This document shows, one piece after another, positions 10,301 through 18,626 of a stretch of 37,691 bases of DNA (positions within the stretch are counted from its first letter, which is position 1; each line of letters begins with the position of its first letter). The notes under the pieces were generated by a model that had not been told where the DNA came from, did not search any database, and saw only the letters and a list, made by a program, of their open reading frames with translations. Position numbers and translations under genes: made by a program. Location: the sequence record SRR20825019_968; one strand, 5' to 3'.

Positions 10301-11632
10301 TAGATTCAGTCTGACGATTCCTTTTCCAGAAATGCCCATCCACAACTCTCCTTTGTGCATAAAAAGAGACGAAATACGCTCAGTGGCAAATGCGAACGAA
10401 GTAATATCCCCTGAACCCTCTGGGTCGTATGTTTTTAAGCCATTGTTAGTTCCTAAATAATACAGCTTGTCTTCATCGTGTGCAATAGAATAAGTCTGAA
10501 AATCATATTCTTTAAATGGAGCGGCTTCATAAATAGAACCCAAATAAGTTTTCCCGTTATATCTACTAATGATCACTTTTTGATCATCAGTTTTATATGG
10601 AAATGAAATATCGTCCACCTCATAGATTGGATCCATTCGGAGTTTAGTAAATGGCTCAATTGAAATTTTAAAGAGACCAGATCGACTTGAGGAAATCCAA
10701 AAGTCACCGTTCATGTCAACAACAATGTGGTTGTGTCCTGTGATCACTTCCTCTTCAGGATAATTGCGAAAAATGGACTTTAATGTTCTGCCTTCAACGC
10801 GATAAATATTCGATTTGTTTGTGATTAGTGCTTTTGCTTTTGAGGTGCTATTATAATCGGCAGAAACAATCGTTTCGCCCTTTTCAAACAAGAATGCTTC
10901 GTCAAATTCGTTTAGGGAAAACGGCTCGCCATTTCTGTTAAGTTTGATTTCTAGCCACCTGTCTGCAGTTTCATTAAATAACGTGAGCTCGTCAGATTCA
11001 AGGAATCCAAATTGAAATTCTGCGATATTGTGAACGGGTGTTTTTAGCCAAGTACTTAAAGGGAGAATAGTACCGTTCTCAATAATGAATGGTTTGTTTT
11101 TATCAAAAATTAAAAAACCATTTTGAAGCTCAATTATATGATCAATTTGGTAAGCTTCTTTTTTCCTGTTCGAGAGCACAACTTCTTTACCATTTTTCAA
11201 ATAGCTTACTTGAAACTCCCCTATGAGATAAGTGAACCCGTTCTTTTTTAGCGCGAATAAAGTGTGTCCGGTGGTGTCTGTTCCATATTTCAGAGTCGTT
11301 AATTTTTTCGAGCGTCTGTTGTAGGAATAAAATCCTTTGTACTGCGAAGCGAATAAAACTTCATCCTCTGAAAAATAGATGTTATTGAAATGGTGATCCG
11401 TTAACGCACTAGGAAACGAAATTTCCGTGAACTTATCGCCGTCAAAACTGATTAAATCAGAACCGTCTGTACCTATCCAAATAAAACCGTCAGGGGATTG
11501 GGCAACACTTAAAATGCCAGACATGTGAAGTCCGTCTTTGTGGCCAAAATTCTGAAATGTACGCAACTGGGCACGCAGCTGTAAGGTACAAAGCGAAATT
11601 AATATTGTACAAAAGAGTAGTAAGATTTTCAA
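7352..11632 (-). CDS. Membrane sensor Ser/Thr phosphatase: beta-propeller + Y_Y_Y + 7 TM + 2 PAS + SpoIIE/PP2C
   Basis: TTG start and signal peptide; propeller repeats (DGFIWIGTDG, GDFWISS, GNIWFT, GNIILGTNKGL); Y_Y_Y (YKYRI..L..GNYTLEV); 7 hydrophobic helices; PAS (DMIFTVDVSGKFIFLN..GYSRAEL..KKNGEIVWI..ARDITE); PP2C motifs DIVSGDFY, ADCTGHGVPGA, TDGFQDQFGG, QTDDV. Confidence 0.88.
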   Translation of the reverse strand: MKILLLFCTILISLCTLQLRAQLRTFQNFGHKDGLHMSGILSVAQSPDGFIWIGTDGSDLISFDGDKFTEISFPSALTDHHFNNIYFSEDEVLFASQYKGFYSYNRRSKKLTTLKYGTDTTGHTLFALKKNGFTYLIGEFQVSYLKNGKEVVLSNRKKEAYQIDHIIELQNGFLIFDKNKPFIIENGTILPLSTWLKTPVHNIAEFQFGFLESDELTLFNETADRWLEIKLNRNGEPFSLNEFDEAFLFEKGETIVSADYNSTSKAKALITNKSNIYRVEGRTLKSIFRNYPEEEVITGHNHIVVDMNGDFWISSSRSGLFKISIEPFTKLRMDPIYEVDDISFPYKTDDQKVIISRYNGKTYLGSIYEAAPFKEYDFQTYSIAHDEDKLYYLGTNNGLKTYDPEGSGDITSFAFATERISSLFMHKGELWMGISGKGIVRLNLKTNTQKEYFKNTGIPSNVYTMQASANGRFVYIGSNDGIFHIDCASEKITQVISPNVQGSYVGNSCVDSYGNIWFTMEKGLHVMYKDGRHKAVFIPEIPSNLFYTMVSDDYGNIILGTNKGLSILSVNERGDVLRCDNYSGKEGFGGYETHMRSQYKAGDNIFMGTIEGLFAINTKLIKELKPPFKPFIRNLSDDTKSDDQSRAGPHFYFKVNNAKIKNIHYKYRIKEDSEEWIYLKKKDNIRINGLSTGNYTLEVAASYDGIQYSESAEYPFSIVRPFWQSNWFIVFMLALIIMLNIVLLAYGKQFESNRLLNTKDTEVHIRSTPVTLLLASILVAVSNLTGPYLSTDLEVHLGATLTVSFLILTLFFISLNAKKNNLLGQYKYFLALGLVIVSCHFFWELYYSNLHPFNIIGLIVTGSIAPYILGKIRFSVVYSFFVILGSIVLIVIIENPVYPESLFVIAIFSSIILLIYNSYLRNNSLEKLIFVSGIVNRGNMPVIAYSKSGKVSYVSENIESFIGINHEQLLNKNISVLNNFVVYDESYKDVDVTQEFEDNRTYLVPMSGKDKVVRWIEWKFKKFSDNLSVIIGQDVSDRVEVQNTHNLLVQNVEDMIFTVDVSGKFIFLNDTFISKMGYSRAELINTYSVLLVAESHRDEVQAFYSRHFQEGRESSYMELPIQKKNGEIVWIGQNVNTVFTPGSKKYVDSFISLARDITEDRKTSQLMKAQQDDITSSINYAKKIQFNLLPSAEQFVEGFEEHFIFYQPKDIVSGDFYWMAKIGSYSVIAVADCTGHGVPGAFMTVLGINLLNSIVLERRLTDPGMILTELDNRLTEYLSMPGTTEFVPDGMEVTLVVLDDKNEEISYACAGSRFLINSHGNFTMYKGNNEHIGGKKSEFFSNYSTQYAILKPNDIIYMITDGFQDQFGGIHDKKYSFRRLLELLEANLNLSLQDQLTMIKEEFDNWKGSGIQTDDVSIIAFKRRSV

Positions 11633-11680
11633 ACGTAGTGTAGTTCGTTAACAGGTAATAACTAAAGATAGCAATTTATT

Positions 11681-12832
11681 TTAATCCTGTTTAGAGATCA
11701 CTTTCATTGAATTCTTAACAATGTGTGCGATTCGTTTTGCTTCACTTAACACATCACTAGTAACGGTAACGTGCCCCATTTTTCGATTGCTCTTAGTGTT
11801 TTCCTTACCATACAAATGAATGTGTACTCCCGGGTACATAAGCGCATCCTCGAAGCCAATGTAATTCGCTGGGCCTTCGTACCCGAGTTCACCGATTAAG
11901 TTTACCATCGCACCGTATTGAATCATTTTTGTTGAGCCCAACGGTAAATTCAAAATGGCACGTAAATGTTGTTCAAATTGACTGCAAATATTGCTCTCAA
12001 TCGTATGATGCCCACTATTATGAGGTCTTGGCGCAACCTCATTGACCAATAATGATCCGTCTTTTGTTAAGAACATTTCTACCGCTAGAATCCCAACCAT
12101 GTCGAGTTTTGTAATGACTTCTACGGCGAGCTTTTCGGCGGTTTGTTCTATTGTAGTTGGAATATCTGCAGGGGAGAAAAGGAAAGCAACCAAGTTTGCG
12201 TCGTTAAATTCGCATTCAACGGAAGGGTAAACAGCAGTTTGTCCTGATTCATTTCTCGCCACAATAATCGAGATTTCTTTCTCGAAAGGAATCAACTCTT
12301 CTAAAATAGATGATTCAGAAAAAATCGCGTCTAGCTTATCCGAGGTCGAGATGACTTGAACGCCTTTGCCATCGTAACCACCTGTTCTCAGTTTTTGAAC
12401 GAAAGGAATTTTATTTTTTAAATACTCTAATGATGGATTTTCAGGAAGAAGTTCAAACGGTGCTGTTGGGATATTGTTACTCGCATAGAATGTTTTTTGA
12501 AGTCCTTTATCCTTTATGATTTCTAATACGTGCGGTTGTGGAAATACTTTGACACCATTTTTTTCTAATTCCTTAAGCGCTTCAATGTTCACGTTCTCAA
12601 TTTCAACGGTGATCACATCCATAGTTGAACCAAAAGCAATGACGTCATCATAGTTCTTGATATCCCCCTGAGTGTATGATGTTGCGCAAGAAGAACTTGG
12701 AGCTTCACTCGAATTTTCCATAATATGGACGTCGATATCAAAACTAATTGCCGACTGGATGAACATACGTCCGAGTTGTCCACCACCCAAAATTCCCAAT
12801 CGATGGGTTCTACCAATAAGTGTTTTTGCCAT
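11681..12832 (-). CDS. purK: N5-carboxyaminoimidazole ribonucleotide synthase
   Basis: LGILGGGQLGRM, GGYDGKG, NEVAPRPHNSGH, HLYGK..RKMGH. Confidence 0.96.
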   Translation of the reverse strand: MAKTLIGRTHRLGILGGGQLGRMFIQSAISFDIDVHIMENSSEAPSSSCATSYTQGDIKNYDDVIAFGSTMDVITVEIENVNIEALKELEKNGVKVFPQPHVLEIIKDKGLQKTFYASNNIPTAPFELLPENPSLEYLKNKIPFVQKLRTGGYDGKGVQVISTSDKLDAIFSESSILEELIPFEKEISIIVARNESGQTAVYPSVECEFNDANLVAFLFSPADIPTTIEQTAEKLAVEVITKLDMVGILAVEMFLTKDGSLLVNEVAPRPHNSGHHTIESNICSQFEQHLRAILNLPLGSTKMIQYGAMVNLIGELGYEGPANYIGFEDALMYPGVHIHLYGKENTKSNRKMGHVTVTSDVLSEAKRIAHIVKNSMKVISKQD

Positions 12833-12836
12833 TTGA

Positions 12837-12844
12837 CAAAGATA
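12837..12844 (-). promoter_or_regulatory. -7 promoter element (TATCTTTG) of purK
   Basis: Exact TAnnTTTG, only 4 nt before the purK ATG. Confidence 0.6.
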
Positions 12845-12905
12845 GTTGCAAATAGAAAATGTGGCAAGGAAGTAGAGGAATGACTTTCAATTTGTGATAA
12901 AATAG

Positions 12906-12913
12906 TACTTTTG
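12906..12913 (+). promoter_or_regulatory. -7 promoter element (TACTTTTG) of the hpt-adk/obgE operon
   Basis: Exact TAnnTTTG, 19 nt before the TTG start; divergent from the purK promoter. Confidence 0.6.
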
Positions 12914-12932
12914 CACTTCAAAAGAGAGAACA

Positions 12933-14051
12933 TTGATTCAAATTTTAGACAAATCATTTGAGCTTTTTATCAAAGCCGAAGAAATTCAACAAGAGGTAAA
13001 AGCTCTTGCCGAAAAAATTAATACTGATTATCAAGGTAAAGAGGTCGTTTTTTTATCGGTTTTGAATGGTGCGTTTATGTTTGCATCAGACTTGGTTAAG
13101 CACATTACCATAGATTGCGAGATCACATTTGTTAAAATGAGCTCATACAGCGGCGTCGAGTCGCGAGGACGTGTGGATGAGTTGATTGGTTTAGCAAGCG
13201 ATCTGCGTGATAAGCATGTGATCATTGTTGAAGACATCGTTGATACAGGGATTACTATCGATAAAATTGTATCGTTATTGGAAACCGAATATCCAGCCTC
13301 TTTTTCTGTATGTACTTTATTGTACAAGCCTGATGCCTTCAAAGGGAAGAAAAAACCCGATTATGTAGGATATTCTATTCCAAATGCCTTTGTTGTAGGA
13401 TATGGATTGGATTATGAGGAAAAAGGAAGAAATTTAGATGCGATTTATCAAGTTCGCACCTCAACAAACGAAAATAAAGAGATGCTAAATATTGTATTAT
13501 TTGGTCCTCCTGGTGCAGGAAAAGGAACCCAATCTGAGCGATTGAAAGAGAAATACGGATTAGTACACATTTCTACGGGAGATGTTTTTAGAGCACTAGA
13601 TCCTGAATCTGACTTGGCAAAGCTCGCAAAAAGCTATTCCGACAAAGGAAACCTTGTTCCAGATGATGTAACAATCAAAATTTTGGAATCAGAAGTTTCT
13701 AAACACCCGAATGCAAAAGGAGTTATTTACGACGGATTTCCGCGTACAACGGCGCAAGCACAAGCGTTGGATAAGTTTTTAGCTGGAAAAAATACTTCTG
13801 TAAAGCTAATGGTTTCATTAGTCGTTCCCGAAGATGAATTAAAGACACGATTGATCGCTCGCGCTGAGATTTCAGGGAGACCTGATGACGCAGATCCAGA
13901 GATCATTCAAAATAGAATTAATACTTATAAGAATTCTACCGCTCCTGTTGCTGATTTTTATCAAGCACAAGGTAAGTTGGTGGAAATAAACGGTGTAGGT
14001 TCAATCGACCAAATTACACAGCGTTTGTTTGATGCTATAGATCAGCATTAA
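12933..14051 (+). CDS. adk: Fused hypoxanthine phosphoribosyltransferase / adenylate kinase (hpt-adk)
   Basis: N-half has VLNGAFMF, SSY, IIVEDIVDTG, FVVGYGLD (HPRT). C-half has GPPGAGKGTQ, HISTGD, DGFPRT and a short LID SGRPDD (ADK). One uninterrupted frame. Confidence 0.93.
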   Translation: MIQILDKSFELFIKAEEIQQEVKALAEKINTDYQGKEVVFLSVLNGAFMFASDLVKHITIDCEITFVKMSSYSGVESRGRVDELIGLASDLRDKHVIIVEDIVDTGITIDKIVSLLETEYPASFSVCTLLYKPDAFKGKKKPDYVGYSIPNAFVVGYGLDYEEKGRNLDAIYQVRTSTNENKEMLNIVLFGPPGAGKGTQSERLKEKYGLVHISTGDVFRALDPESDLAKLAKSYSDKGNLVPDDVTIKILESEVSKHPNAKGVIYDGFPRTTAQAQALDKFLAGKNTSVKLMVSLVVPEDELKTRLIARAEISGRPDDADPEIIQNRINTYKNSTAPVADFYQAQGKLVEINGVGSIDQITQRLFDAIDQH

Positions 14052-14077
14052 TCGTCTGCACGAAATAAAAACAAATA

Positions 14078-15073
14078 ATGGCCTCTGATAACTTCGTAGA
14101 TTATGTAAAAATCCACTGTACATCTGGAAACGGAGGTGGAGGCTCAACCCACTATCGTCGTGAGAAGTATATCCCAAAGGGTGGTCCTGACGGTGGAGAT
14201 GGTGGTCGTGGTGGACACGTGATTCTTCGTGGTAATGTTCAAATGTGGACACTTTTACCATTGAAATACCGAAAGCACGTAAAAGCGGGACATGGTGTTC
14301 ATGGTTCTGGTGGTTTAAAAACAGGTGCTCAAGGTGTGGATCAGTACATTGATGTTCCATTGGGTACGATTGTACGCGATGCTGAAACTGGTGAGGCGCT
14401 GTGCGAAATAACCGAAGAGGGGGAGGAATTTATCGTTCAGCCTGGAGGTCGTGGAGGATTAGGGAATCATCACTTTAAAACTGCTGTACATCAAACTCCT
14501 CGTTATTCTCAGCCTGGTGAACCTGGACAAGAAGGTTGGAAAGTACTTGAGCTTAAACTTCTGGCAGATGTCGGATTGGTTGGTTTTCCAAATGCAGGAA
14601 AAAGTACATTACTTTCGGCTGTTTCGGCGGCAAAACCTGAAATCGCAGATTATCCATTTACAACTCTTCGCCCGAATTTAGGGATCGTGAAGTACCGTGA
14701 TCATCGATCGTTTGTAATGGCCGATATCCCAGGGATCATTGAAGATGCACACAAAGGAAAAGGTCTTGGATTAAGATTCTTACGCCATATCGAACGAAAT
14801 TCATTACTGTTGTTCTTAGTCCCTGCGGATAGCGATGACATTAAAAAGGAATACGATGTACTGGTGAATGAACTCAAGCAGTACAACCCAGAAATGATGC
14901 ATAAAGATCGCATTTTGGCGATTTCGAAATCGGATATGCTCGACGACGAACTTAAACAGGAAATTAAAAAAGAGCTTCCTAAAAAAGTTCAAACGATTTT
15001 TATATCTTCCATCAGTCAAGAAGGAATTACTACTTTGAAAGACATGATTTGGAAGACACTCAATGATGATTGA
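14078..15073 (+). CDS. obgE: GTPase Obg/CgtA
   Basis: Gly-rich Obg fold ([12 protein letters not shown]), [21 protein letters not shown]. Confidence 0.97.
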   Translation: MASDNFVDYVKIHCTSGNGGGGSTHYRREKYIPKGGPDGGDGGRGGHVILRGNVQMWTLLPLKYRKHVKAGHGVHGSGGLKTGAQGVDQYIDVPLGTIVRDAETGEALCEITEEGEEFIVQPGGRGGLGNHHFKTAVHQTPRYSQPGEPGQEGWKVLELKLLADVGLVGFPNAGKSTLLSAVSAAKPEIADYPFTTLRPNLGIVKYRDHRSFVMADIPGIIEDAHKGKGLGLRFLRHIERNSLLLFLVPADSDDIKKEYDVLVNELKQYNPEMMHKDRILAISKSDMLDDELKQEIKKELPKKVQTIFISSISQEGITTLKDMIWKTLNDD

Positions 15074-15656
15074 ATCCTTAGAAGAAATTGATCGTGCCAT
15101 TGTCCTTACCATCAACGGGTGGAATACACCTTTTTGGGATGAGGTCATGTGGATCATTTCAGGTAAGTTAACGTGGATTCCGTTTTATCTTTTTATCGTT
15201 TTTTTAAGTTGGAAAAGCTTCGGCTGGAAGTCAACCTTGCTGTTTTTACTTTGTGCAGGAATAGTCGTAGCCATTACTGATCAGTCTTCAACGCACTTGT
15301 TTAAAAATGTATTCGAGCGATACAGGCCGTCTCATCACGCATTACTGACAGATAAGCTGCATTTTTATCAATTAGGGGATGATTATTACAAGGGAGGAAT
15401 GTATGGATTTGTCTCAGCACATGCCGCCAATTTTTTTGGAATTTGCATTTTCGCTTTACTTCACCTTCGTAAAAAATACCGCAGTATTGTTCCCGTTTTA
15501 CTGTCCGTAGCTGTGATTGTTTCCTTCAGTAGAATTTATCTTGGCGTACATTACCTCAGCGACGTTCTGGTAGGAGGATTACTTGGAACGGTGAGTGCTT
15601 GGCTCGTTTATCGATTCATTTTCACTACTATTGCGAAGAGATTTACAAAGAAGTAA
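15063..15656 (+). CDS. PAP2-family membrane phosphatase
   Basis: KNVFERYRP (C1), GFVSAH (C2 variant), [13 protein letters not shown] (C3); several TM helices; overlaps the obgE stop. Confidence 0.9.
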   Translation: MMIESLEEIDRAIVLTINGWNTPFWDEVMWIISGKLTWIPFYLFIVFLSWKSFGWKSTLLFLLCAGIVVAITDQSSTHLFKNVFERYRPSHHALLTDKLHFYQLGDDYYKGGMYGFVSAHAANFFGICIFALLHLRKKYRSIVPVLLSVAVIVSFSRIYLGVHYLSDVLVGGLLGTVSAWLVYRFIFTTIAKRFTKK

Positions 15657-16018
15657 TGCTGTATTTATACATTTTTATTGGTGGTGGATTAGGAAGCGTA
15701 GCCCGTTTTGCTATTGGGAAATTAACCCACAAATTGGTCGACACTGAATTTCCCATGGGAACATTGATCGCTAATTTACTAGCGTGTATTGTACTCGCGC
15801 TCATTGTAACAGGATTTGCACAACAGTTAGAAAAAAACACATGGATTCAACCGCTAATACTCATAGGTTTTTGCGGTGGATTTAGCACATTTAGCACATT
15901 TGGAAACGAAACATTCGACTTACTCTCAAATGGCAATTATACTTATGCCGTATTAAATATACTGATCTCAATCTCTGCCGCCATCGGACTCATTTGGATG
16001 ATTAAAAGTCGTGGCTAA
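15656..16018 (+). CDS. crcB: Fluoride efflux channel Fluc/CrcB
   Basis: GGGLGSVAR, FPMGTLIAN, GFCGGFSTFSTF. Start set at ATG 15656 in a TAATG overlap with the PAP2 stop. Confidence 0.93.
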   Translation: MLYLYIFIGGGLGSVARFAIGKLTHKLVDTEFPMGTLIANLLACIVLALIVTGFAQQLEKNTWIQPLILIGFCGGFSTFSTFGNETFDLLSNGNYTYAVLNILISISAAIGLIWMIKSRG

Positions 16019-16040
16019 AAGAGATTTTTGGTTTCGTTCT

Positions 16041-17369
16041 TTAGTGAAATTCGCTTGGAATAACCTTCTGCAACTGTGTCACTAAATCTTCTCGTTTCTT
16101 AATAAGTTTAGTAAGATCCGCTTTCTGAATTACTCCTTTCTTCTTGAATTCTTTCAGGTAATGAACCCACATATATGCGCTTAATCCGAGGATGGCAATC
16201 AAAATGTAATATGCAAATGCCAGCCAAACACTAGGATAAACGAAATAGTAGAAAAGGAAAATAGCTGGAATATTGAAAAGTCCGATGGCTATTTTTCCAA
16301 CAACCATTTTAACTGAACTCCAGAACACTTTTCGTTTGAATTTTTTCTCCGCAAAACGCTTAACCAAAAGGTAAGGGAGGGCACAATGCAAAACTCCTAA
16401 AATCATGCTAGGAAAAAGGGCGATTAGCAGTAAAAGCTCTTTAGTTCTGCTTGGGCGAGAAGAACTCGACTTCCAAACTAATAGATGTTCATCAATTTTA
16501 AACTTCTTGAGAAGCGCGAAGTAATCTTCTAATGATTTCTTTAACTTGGTTAGGGATTCATCCTCACTAACATTTTGAGTATTCAACCATTTTGCAAGTG
16601 AACGGGAATAATTCCATCTTTTTTTCAACGGAATAGATCTATCGAAATCAATAGCGTTCATCCCTTTTCGAGTTATCCGCATGATGTTTTCGTGGAATGG
16701 AGCTTCCTCTTTTTTCTCCACGTGCGTAATCTGATCTTGCATTAATTGCTGAATCAACTTTGTCAAATCGGCAATCACTTTGTTTGGATTCTCTTCGTAG
16801 GCCTCACGGTAATCGTTCAAGCAAATTTTGTCAGAATACGAGATCAATATATCACTTCGCATCTTGTTTGGGTAAGAATAGTTGCATCCAACGGCGGCAA
16901 TGTAGATCTTCTTTTTCCAATTGAGCGATTCCAGTGCTAGGAAGCCAATCCGAACGGCTCCTTTTTTCACAGGTTTTAATCGTCTAATGAAGACATCATC
17001 CGTGAAACCTTCTCCATAAATCAAGAGATTTCTGCCGCGTGAAAGAATTCTTGTACACGTTTTAAAAACAGCTTCGTTTTTTCCTTTCGTATCATCTCCA
17101 TCCAGTTGTCGATAGATGGGGAGCATCTGAACGGACCATAGAAACCATCGCGTAAACGGCGTGAAAACATCAGAACGCGTCATAAAAAACACAATCGGTC
17201 TCCGCAAAGCAGCAACAACCAAAGGATCCATAAATGAGGCGGCATGATTACTCACGTAAATTGTACTTCCCAAGAATTCTTTTGGCGAATTGTTGGAGTC
17301 ATTACGCGGATAAAAAATCCGAATGGCGTAATTAAGCGTAAAATCCAGTAAGAAATATATGGGTCTCAT
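16041..17369 (-). CDS. Glycerolipid acyltransferase (PlsC/LPLAT superfamily) with C-terminal TM helices
   Basis: NHAASFMDP, MLPIYR, LIYGEG, KKGAVR; three hydrophobic C-terminal segments. Confidence 0.87.
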   Translation of the reverse strand: MRPIYFLLDFTLNYAIRIFYPRNDSNNSPKEFLGSTIYVSNHAASFMDPLVVAALRRPIVFFMTRSDVFTPFTRWFLWSVQMLPIYRQLDGDDTKGKNEAVFKTCTRILSRGRNLLIYGEGFTDDVFIRRLKPVKKGAVRIGFLALESLNWKKKIYIAAVGCNYSYPNKMRSDILISYSDKICLNDYREAYEENPNKVIADLTKLIQQLMQDQITHVEKKEEAPFHENIMRITRKGMNAIDFDRSIPLKKRWNYSRSLAKWLNTQNVSEDESLTKLKKSLEDYFALLKKFKIDEHLLVWKSSSSRPSRTKELLLLIALFPSMILGVLHCALPYLLVKRFAEKKFKRKVFWSSVKMVVGKIAIGLFNIPAIFLFYYFVYPSVWLAFAYYILIAILGLSAYMWVHYLKEFKKKGVIQKADLTKLIKKREDLVTQLQKVIPSEFH

Positions 17370-17386
17370 GTGTCGAATTTGTGGAG

Positions 17387-17394
17387 CAAAATTA
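17387..17394 (-). promoter_or_regulatory. -7 promoter element (TAATTTTG) of the acyltransferase gene
   Basis: Exact TAnnTTTG, 17 nt before the ATG. Confidence 0.5.
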
Positions 17395-17522
17395 ATTATT
17401 TGATTGGAAAACCAGCGAAACGATCAATTCGCATGAAATTATGAGGCAATTGAGTGGTTGATTTAACAGTTGAAATGATGAAAACTTTTTTTGTGGGTTC
17501 ATTAGTTCTCAACGCTAGATTG

Positions 17523-17530
17523 TACTTTTG
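17523..17530 (+). promoter_or_regulatory. -7 promoter element (TACTTTTG) of ddl
   Basis: Exact TAnnTTTG, 19 nt before the ATG. Confidence 0.55.
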
Positions 17531-17549
17531 ATTTGTTAAAACATAGACC

Positions 17550-18518
17550 ATGAAGAATATTGGAATTATCTGCGGTGGGTTTTCGTCTGAATTTGATATT
17601 TCAGTGAAAAGTGCAACAACCATTTTAAATCACTTTCCGAGTGGTTATCGTCCTTTTCTAGTGGTGCTCTCCAGCGCTGGATTTAGTGTGCGCATTGGAG
17701 AGGAAGAACTTGATTTAAACCGAGTAGATTTTAGTTTTCAATACAACGGGAAGCTGGAAAAAATGGATGCTGCAATTATTTACATTCATGGTGATCCAGG
17801 TGAGAATGGAAAAATTCAAGCATACTTAGAAATGATCGATATCCCTTATGTCAACTCTGGACCGCTCGCATCCCAATTGTCCTTTGATAAATGGTATTGC
17901 AATCAATTCCTTCGAGCTTTTGATATTCCTGTTGCGAAATCAATTCATTTGACAAATAGTTCCGCGAAATTGGACGGAGATCAAATGATTCAGGATTTAG
18001 GATTGCCTGTTTTTGTGAAACCATGTGATTCTGGATCGAGCTACGGCATCGCGAAAATTTCAAGTGCGGATCAATTGATCCCTGGGATAGAAAATGCATT
18101 TAAGGAAGGTAGATCTGTAGTGGTTGAAGCCTTCTTGGACGGTACTGAGGTAACTTGCGGTGTGTATAGAACCGCTGACGGTTTAAACGCACTTCCAATC
18201 ACTGAAATCGTTTCGGACAATGATTTTTTCGATTATGAAGCAAAATACTTGGGAAAATCTCAGGAAATTACTCCCGCTAGAGTGAGCGATGAAATTACAT
18301 TACTCGTTCAAGAACAAGCGAAAAAAATCTATGAATTACTTCAATTGAGATCAATCGCACGAGTTGATTTCATGTTGGTAAACAATATTCCGCACGTGAT
18401 TGAGGTAAATACAACTCCAGGATTTTCTAGCGAGAGCCTTGTTCCAAAAATGCTCGGTGTCGCAGGGATTTCAATAACCGATTTTTGGACATCGATTCTG
18501 AAAGAAGAATTGAAGTAA
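17550..18518 (+). CDS. ddl: D-alanine--D-alanine ligase
   Basis: GGFSSE..S..SA, IHGDPGENG, FVKP..GSS.G, FFDYEAKY, EVNTTPG. Confidence 0.96.
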   Translation: MKNIGIICGGFSSEFDISVKSATTILNHFPSGYRPFLVVLSSAGFSVRIGEEELDLNRVDFSFQYNGKLEKMDAAIIYIHGDPGENGKIQAYLEMIDIPYVNSGPLASQLSFDKWYCNQFLRAFDIPVAKSIHLTNSSAKLDGDQMIQDLGLPVFVKPCDSGSSYGIAKISSADQLIPGIENAFKEGRSVVVEAFLDGTEVTCGVYRTADGLNALPITEIVSDNDFFDYEAKYLGKSQEITPARVSDEITLLVQEQAKKIYELLQLRSIARVDFMLVNNIPHVIEVNTTPGFSSESLVPKMLGVAGISITDFWTSILKEELK

Positions 18519-18626
18519 ACTAGTTCTATTTGGGATTTTACTCATCAAAGCAAATATGTAAATTCCACCACTTCATAATTTGGTGTCTTAGAATTGATCA
18601 TCAAATGATTTATGGGAGAACTACTT

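Noticed and set aside
15599..15655. Longer crcB start given in the ORF track
   Set aside because: It lies inside PAP2; the TAATG-coupled ATG at 15656 gives a normal 120-aa Fluc
15881..15902. Direct repeat tttagcaca x2 in crcB
   Set aside because: It simply encodes the conserved FSTFSTF motif
17396..17623. 75-aa minus-strand ORF spanning the acyltransferase-ddl spacer
   Set aside because: It overlaps the ddl start antisense and crosses the divergent promoter region; no protein-like features
17550..18518. Possible D-Ala-D-Lac (vancomycin-resistance type) ligase
   Set aside because: The omega loop reads FFDYEAKY with Tyr, the D-Ala-D-Ala signature, and no van genes are nearby
18521..18623. 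Nested short inverted repeats (tagttct/agaacta, aattc/gaatt, cacca/tggtg) between ddl and the lipoprotein gene
   Set aside because: Stems are only 5-7 bp and separated by large unpaired regions; not distinguishable from chance in AT-rich DNA
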